A stretch of 64,000 nucleotides of DNA from an uncultured Spirochaetota bacterium (GTDB lineage: Bacteria > Spirochaetota > Brevinematia > Brevinematales > JAOACQ01): NCBI GenBank assembly GCA_963835575.1, contig CAWIGG010000002.1, positions 1,184,001-1,248,000 on the forward strand, given 5' to 3'. The position numbers were made by a program, and so were the translations under genes. Of this stretch, positions 58,950 through 64,000 are shown piece by piece. Under the pieces are notes generated by a model. That model saw nothing but the letters and a program-made list of their open reading frames with translations, did not search any database and had not been told where the DNA came from. Position 1 is the first letter of the stretch. Every line of letters starts with the position of its first letter.

Positions 58950-60947
58950 ATGCCGAAATTTAAGGTCCATGCCAATTACAAACCTTCCGGCGACCAGCCG
59001 CTGGCCATAGAGCAGATCACTGAGAATTTCCTGAACGGAAATAAGGCCCAGACGCTTCTCGGCGTCACAGGAAGCGGGAAGACATTTACAATGGCCCATG
59101 TCATTGAGAATCTGCAGGTGCCGACCCTGATCATGTCGCACAATAAAACTCTGGCTGCCCAGCTTTTCCGCGAGTTCAGGGACTATTTTCCGGACAATGC
59201 CGTCGAATATTTTGTGTCATACTATGATTATTACCAGCCGGAGGCTTATGTGCCTCAGCGCGACCTTTATATAGAAAAGGATGCTAAGATCAATGATGAA
59301 ATCGACAGAATGCGCGTTTCCGCCGTCGCATCGCTCATGGACAGGCAGGACGTCGTCATTGTCGCTTCCGTTTCATGCATCTACGGGCTGGGCGCACCGG
59401 CCGACTACAAACAGCTTATGCTTTTAATTAAAAAAGGAATGGATTCCGGGCGCGACGACATCATCCATCAGCTGATAAAAATCCAGTATGAGCGGAGCGA
59501 TTTCGACCTCACGCGCGCGGCCTTCCGCGTCAAGGGCGATATCATTGATATCCATACCGCCTATTCCAGGGAAGTGATCCGCGTCGGGTTTTACGGGAAC
59601 GAGATCGAATCGATAAAGAGAATGAATTACCTCACCGGCAAATTCATCGAGGAACTCGACAGGGTCGTCATATACCCGGCGAAGCTCTTTCTGACGACCG
59701 ATGATAAAATGAAAGCGGCTATTGTTTCCATTGAGCTTGAGCTGGAGGAAAGGCTTAAACAGCTCAAATCGCAGGGCAAAGAGATAGAAGCCTACAGGCT
59801 TGAGTCCAGGACCCGCTACGATATCGAAATGATGCAGGAAATGGGCTACTGCAGCGGGATAGAGAATTATTCGCGCCATCTCTCCTTCAGAAAGCCGGGG
59901 GACAGGCCTTTTGTCCTGCTTGATTATTTTCCATCCGGTTTCCTGACGATTATAGACGAATCCCATCAATCCATTCCGCAGATAGGCGGAATGTTTAACG
60001 GCGACCGTTCCCGGAAACAGGTCCTGGTGGACTTCGGATTCCGCCTGCCTTCCGCGCTGGACAACCGCCCGCTCAGGTTTGAGGAATTTGAAGGCATGAT
60101 CGGAAAGACGCTTTATGTTTCCGCAACGCCGGCAGATTATGAATTGAAAAAAAGCAGTGCTATAGTTGAACAGATCATCCGGCCGACCGGCCTGATCGAC
60201 CCCGAGGTCGAGATACGAAAGACCGCAGGACAGATTGACGACATCATACTGGAAGTGAAAGCAAGGATCAAAAATCACGAAAGGACACTGATCACGACCC
60301 TGACTAAAAAGATGGCCGAGGACCTTTCGGATTACCTCACTGAAAACGGATTGAAGGTCGCCTATCTGCATTCGGAAATAGAAACGATCGAAAGGGTCGA
60401 GATTTTAAAAAAGCTCAGGCTCGGCACTTATGATATCCTTGTCGGCATCAATCTCCTGAGGGAAGGGATCGATCTTCCGGAAGTCTCACTTGTGGTCATA
60501 CTGGACGCCGATAAAATGGGATTTCTGCGCTCGGCGCGGTCACTGATCCAGATCATCGGCAGGAGCGCCCGGCATATCAATGGAAAAGTCATCATGTACG
60601 CCGACAATATGACCGATTCCATCAATGAGGCGTTGCGGGAAACCAACCGGAGAAGAAAAATACAGATGGAACATAATATAAAAAACAATATTACCCCGAA
60701 GACGATACAGAAGGAAATTACCGATATACTGGAAAGAAAATTAGAGGCTGAGGTAGAAAAAGTCGATAAAATAGCGGAATACAAGAAAAAATATATCGAA
60801 AAGAAGAGTTTATTAAAAGAATTGGAAAAATTGATGTATCATTACTCGGAAAATCTTGAATTTGAAAAAGCGGCCGAGGTCAGGGATGAAATCCTGGCCC
60901 TTGAGGGAAAGAAGAAACCCGCGCCGGATATTCTCCCGGAAGGTTAA
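58950..60947 (+). CDS. uvrB: Excinuclease ABC subunit B (likely start ATG 58950)
   Basis: GVTGSGKT, YYDYYQPEAY, DESH, FGFRLPSA and a C-terminal UVR domain. Confidence 0.98.
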   Translation: MPKFKVHANYKPSGDQPLAIEQITENFLNGNKAQTLLGVTGSGKTFTMAHVIENLQVPTLIMSHNKTLAAQLFREFRDYFPDNAVEYFVSYYDYYQPEAYVPQRDLYIEKDAKINDEIDRMRVSAVASLMDRQDVVIVASVSCIYGLGAPADYKQLMLLIKKGMDSGRDDIIHQLIKIQYERSDFDLTRAAFRVKGDIIDIHTAYSREVIRVGFYGNEIESIKRMNYLTGKFIEELDRVVIYPAKLFLTTDDKMKAAIVSIELELEERLKQLKSQGKEIEAYRLESRTRYDIEMMQEMGYCSGIENYSRHLSFRKPGDRPFVLLDYFPSGFLTIIDESHQSIPQIGGMFNGDRSRKQVLVDFGFRLPSALDNRPLRFEEFEGMIGKTLYVSATPADYELKKSSAIVEQIIRPTGLIDPEVEIRKTAGQIDDIILEVKARIKNHERTLITTLTKKMAEDLSDYLTENGLKVAYLHSEIETIERVEILKKLRLGTYDILVGINLLREGIDLPEVSLVVILDADKMGFLRSARSLIQIIGRSARHINGKVIMYADNMTDSINEALRETNRRRKIQMEHNIKNNITPKTIQKEITDILERKLEAEVEKVDKIAEYKKKYIEKKSLLKELEKLMYHYSENLEFEKAAEVRDEILALEGKKKPAPDILPEG

Positions 60948-60953
60948 AAATAT

Positions 60954-61844
60954 ATGCCGGATTACAGAGATGATTTTCAAATTTATCTTACATACGAAAA
61001 AAAGCTGGCTAAAAATACCATTTCCGCTTATATGCAGGATATAGAGGAATTTCTTTTTTCCCTGGACGAAAATTTTTCTGTTGAAGAAGTAGACAAAGAT
61101 GATATTCTTGAATTTATTATATCTCTTAATGAAAGAGGGATTTCCAACCGCAGTATTGCACGTAAAATCAGCAGTTTAAAAGCCTTTTTCATCTATCTTT
61201 TAAAAACCGAAAGAATTGAAGAAAGCCCCATTGAGAAAATCGATTCGCCTCAATACCTTAAAAAACTGCCTCATTATCTGAACCTGGATGAAGTGGAAGC
61301 AATGATCCGGCAGGGCGAAGGCAGGCCGAGAGACATCCGGGATTCTTGCATTATAGAACTGCTTTATTCCTGCGGGCTGCGCGTCAGCGAACTCTGCGGT
61401 CTGAAAACAGGGGATATTTCCTTTGAAAACAGGGTTATAAGGGTGATGGGCAAGGGAAGCAAGGAAAGACTTGTCCCTATCGGCGGAAACGCAATCCAGG
61501 CTGTTAAAAAATACTTCACTTACCGGAGGGAATTATCGCCCCGTAAAGCCCTTCCTGATTTTCTATTTATTTCGAGGCTCGGTAAAAAGCTCACCCGCGT
61601 ATCGGTCTGGTCTCTCATAAAAAAAAGGGCGCTCAATGCCGGTATTGAAAAAGACATCACGCCCCACACGCTCCGGCACAGCTTCGCCACACATCTCTTG
61701 AATAACGGCGCGGACTTGAGGAGCGTCCAGGAAATGCTCGGCCACAGCGATATTTCGACGACGCAGATCTATACCCATGTGTCTTCCGATATTATCCGGG
61801 AAACGCATAGGAAATACCATCCGCTGGAAAAAGGGAACGGGTAA
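60954..61844 (+). CDS. xerD: Tyrosine recombinase XerD-like
   Basis: GLRVSE, GKGSKER, PHTLRHSFATHLL and LGHSDISTTQIYTHV. No integron-integrase insertion. Confidence 0.85.
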   Translation: MPDYRDDFQIYLTYEKKLAKNTISAYMQDIEEFLFSLDENFSVEEVDKDDILEFIISLNERGISNRSIARKISSLKAFFIYLLKTERIEESPIEKIDSPQYLKKLPHYLNLDEVEAMIRQGEGRPRDIRDSCIIELLYSCGLRVSELCGLKTGDISFENRVIRVMGKGSKERLVPIGGNAIQAVKKYFTYRRELSPRKALPDFLFISRLGKKLTRVSVWSLIKKRALNAGIEKDITPHTLRHSFATHLLNNGADLRSVQEMLGHSDISTTQIYTHVSSDIIRETHRKYHPLEKGNG

Positions 61845-61845
61845 T

Positions 61846-61958
61846 CCGCTAAGGCACGCGAAGAAACGCGAATCAATAGGAAGGCTTATTATACTGACCC
61901 CAATTCGGCAGGATTTACAGGATTAAACAGGATGAGCAGGATTGAGGAATTACAGGAA
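61846..61958 (+). repeat. Short purine-rich tandem repeats
   Basis: ACGCGAA twice (to 61872) and CAGGAT four times with 9-10 nt period (61909-61942). Confidence 0.65.
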
Positions 61959-62085
61959 GATGGAAGGCGGGAAGAGTGAATTGTAATACTAAATCTGTTC
62001 ACTATTTTAGAGTTTTTCGACAGGTCGTTGTGCGAAGGGCTTGGCAACCGTCGATACGAAAAACGGCACGGATGCCGTTTTCTTA

Positions 62086-62667
62086 CTATTTTTTTGTCCG
62101 ACTATTAAAATTTTTTATAATAATAGATACCCTTTCTTTTATAGTAAAATATTCTAATGCATTATAAAAGTCTTCATCTTTTAATTTTTTAATTTTTGAT
62201 CCAATATCTTTTCTCATACTTTTTATTAAGTTTATATATAATTTACGATTTTCATCTTTAGTATAAAATTGCCTATAAAAGACATCTATATTTTGAGTTG
62301 TAGCTGATTTACCATTCTTCTCTCGATATTCATTGCTTTTTGCTATAACATATTCAAAACATTTAATATTAATGATTGATAGATTATTTATTACATCTTC
62401 ATTAGCATATAACACTAATTTTCTTTCTAATTCTTCAAATTTTGCTTCAATAATTATTTTTTCATTTTCATTTGAAAAAATATTATTATCCCATTTCGTT
62501 TGTAATTCAATAAATTCCTGATAAATTTTAGTTTTTGTGTTTCTAATATCCCTGATTGTTTCTTGGCGTTTTGTAACAAAATAAGTAAGAAATGCACCTA
62601 TTACTAATGTTATTAATGGCCAAGATTTATTTAATATTGATAATAAGTTTGATAGTGTTTCATTCAT
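62086..62667 (-). CDS. AT-rich hypothetical protein with N-terminal TM helix
   Basis: 193-aa ORF, WPLITLVIGAFLTYFV TM segment, composition clearly more AT-rich than uvrB/xerD. Confidence 0.7.
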   Translation of the reverse strand: MNETLSNLLSILNKSWPLITLVIGAFLTYFVTKRQETIRDIRNTKTKIYQEFIELQTKWDNNIFSNENEKIIIEAKFEELERKLVLYANEDVINNLSIINIKCFEYVIAKSNEYREKNGKSATTQNIDVFYRQFYTKDENRKLYINLIKSMRKDIGSKIKKLKDEDFYNALEYFTIKERVSIIIKNFNSRTKK

Positions 62668-62728
62668 TTAAAAACCCCCGATTAAATCCGCCACGACGGC
62701 GGATATATATATTATAAAAAAAGCCGGC

Positions 62729-64000
62729 GGTCCGACTTCAAGACATAGGTTACACTTTAGCTTCAGGACATCGGTAACCCTTTTTGAGTACAAAATGCCC
62801 TTGAATTACTATTTCAGTATAGACCTAAATATAAAAGTATTCAAGTCCATACTACCTATCAGATTATTTTCAAACCACACATCCATAAAAGCTTTGCTTT
62901 TACTTTTTAAACCAATATGATAACCATCCAACGCATTTGTAATAAATACACGCCGACCTTTATAATAAATGTAACCTCTGTTATTAACCTTTCTGCTGAT
63001 GTATCCCTTGGGATATACAACCCAATCGGCTATCCCATCATAACTCCTAACCGATTTTATATAGACCATTGCTGGTGTTTTCATTCCAAGGCTTTCATGC
63101 GGTCTTTCCTCGTTGAACTCTTTTCTCCATTCGTTGAATACTGCCTGGTGCAGCTTCAGGCTACCGCTGATTTTGTTTTCCAGTTCCTTTTTCATATCCA
63201 GGTGCATCCTTTCATGTGCTCCGTTCTGATAGGGAGAGCCGGGATCAATTCTGTCCAGCTTTATGCCCAGAGACAACCACCATGCTGATAGTCTGGTTAA
63301 ACCAAGTAAACCCTGTGTACTGGCAAACGGCGGCCCATTATCGGATTTTATCATACTCGGTAATCCATATTGCTTGAAGAGTCTGTCAAATTCAAATTTG
63401 ACGGAACTAATATCACCTTTTTGCAGTATGGCTATGGATAAAATATATTTGGAATAATCATCACGTACTGTAAGTGGTTCGCATCTTTCCTGCTCGGAGG
63501 TATACCACCAGCCTTTGAAATCCACTGTCCAGATATCATTTGGTTTTTTCGGTGCTACCCTGTTCTGTATTCTTTCCGGATGTATGTGTCGTCTTCTTTT
63601 CCTTAATTCTACAAATCCGGCCTTTTTCAATATCCTTTCGACAGTGCTTAATGAAGGAATTTTATTATCCGGGTGGTTCCTGACATAAACCGACCTGATT
63701 TTCTTAGGTCCCCAATTCTGCTTCGTTTGCTTGATACGGATGATCTCGCAGATTATTTCTTCAGAAAGTTGATTAGGGCTTGAAAGCGGTTTCCTAGATT
63801 TTTCTTGAAGACCGGACAACCCTTCTTCATAAAACCTTTCTTTCCACTTATAACCGGTTTTTGTGCTGATCCCATATTCAGTACAAAGCTCGGTAAAGTT
63901 CACACCTTTTTGGAATGACTTTTCAATAAAAGCTAATTTCAGCTTCATGATATTAACCTCCTTCCAGGGCATTGTCAGCCTCCTTAATGAGATCTGACCT
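62729..64000 (-). mobile_element. IS481 family element, other end outside the window
   Basis: Subterminal repeats CTTCAAGACATAGGTTACAC (62736-62755) and CTTCAGGACATCGGTAACCC (62761-62780). End coordinate is approximate. Confidence 0.82.
62809..63972 (-). CDS. IS481 family transposase
   Basis: MPWKE, TGYKW, WGPKKI, WTVDFKG, SDNG and QNGAHERMH. Confidence 0.94.
   Translation of the reverse strand: MPWKEVNIMKLKLAFIEKSFQKGVNFTELCTEYGISTKTGYKWKERFYEEGLSGLQEKSRKPLSSPNQLSEEIICEIIRIKQTKQNWGPKKIRSVYVRNHPDNKIPSLSTVERILKKAGFVELRKRRRHIHPERIQNRVAPKKPNDIWTVDFKGWWYTSEQERCEPLTVRDDYSKYILSIAILQKGDISSVKFEFDRLFKQYGLPSMIKSDNGPPFASTQGLLGLTRLSAWWLSLGIKLDRIDPGSPYQNGAHERMHLDMKKELENKISGSLKLHQAVFNEWRKEFNEERPHESLGMKTPAMVYIKSVRSYDGIADWVVYPKGYISRKVNNRGYIYYKGRRVFITNALDGYHIGLKSKSKAFMDVWFENNLIGSMDLNTFIFRSILK

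Noticed and set aside
59424..60371. 315-aa antisense ORF inside uvrB
   Set aside because: Shadow of the GC-richer codon usage of uvrB, with no recognisable motifs. The same applies to the many 60-190 aa ORFs overlapping real genes, such as 44110-44688, 47715-48296 and 51166-51669.
60954..61844. Integron integrase interpretation of the tyrosine recombinase
   Set aside because: It lacks the IntI-specific insertion between patches II and III, and its length, motifs and coupling to uvrB fit XerD.
61909..61958. CRISPR array
   Set aside because: Repeat units are 6 nt with 3-4 nt gaps. There is no 23-47 nt repeat/spacer array and no cas gene anywhere in the window.

Overview
Bacterial chromosomal window, low-to-moderate GC and diderm (TonB-type receptor, lipoboxes, beta-barrel). 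The gene content is compatible with a spirochaete, but that is an inference. The housekeeping backbone comprises glnE (5'-partial), glnA with a sigma-54 promoter and a divergent GAF-GAF enhancer-binding protein, priA-mrdA-rodA, grpE-dnaK-dnaJ, tRNA-Glu, uvrB and xerD. Six insertion sequences from six families (IS66, IS5, IS256, IS4, IS1182, IS481) interrupt it; five show both ends and target-site duplications. A family of IS5-end-like palindromes/MITEs is scattered through the intergenic regions. The best candidate for an undescribed system is a ~12 kb island (about 45.8-57.9 kb, minus strand). It encodes six lipoproteins with Ser-rich linkers: GH43-CBM6, a CE4 deacetylase, a GH28-like beta-helix enzyme, and three paralogs of a ~180-aa domain I do not recognise. 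It also has a perfect 19-bp palindromic operator, a LacI-sensor/PAS/LuxR hybrid regulator with its own consensus promoter, and inward-facing IS91-like transposase remnants at both borders. Other notable items are a catalytically degenerate Fe-ADH in an operon with a GAF-GAF-SpoIIE phosphatase, an ABC/LolA-like/beta-barrel operon, an archaeal-like GAPN, and three short-indel frameshifts that may be assembly errors. All family calls come from motif recognition by eye; no searches were run.
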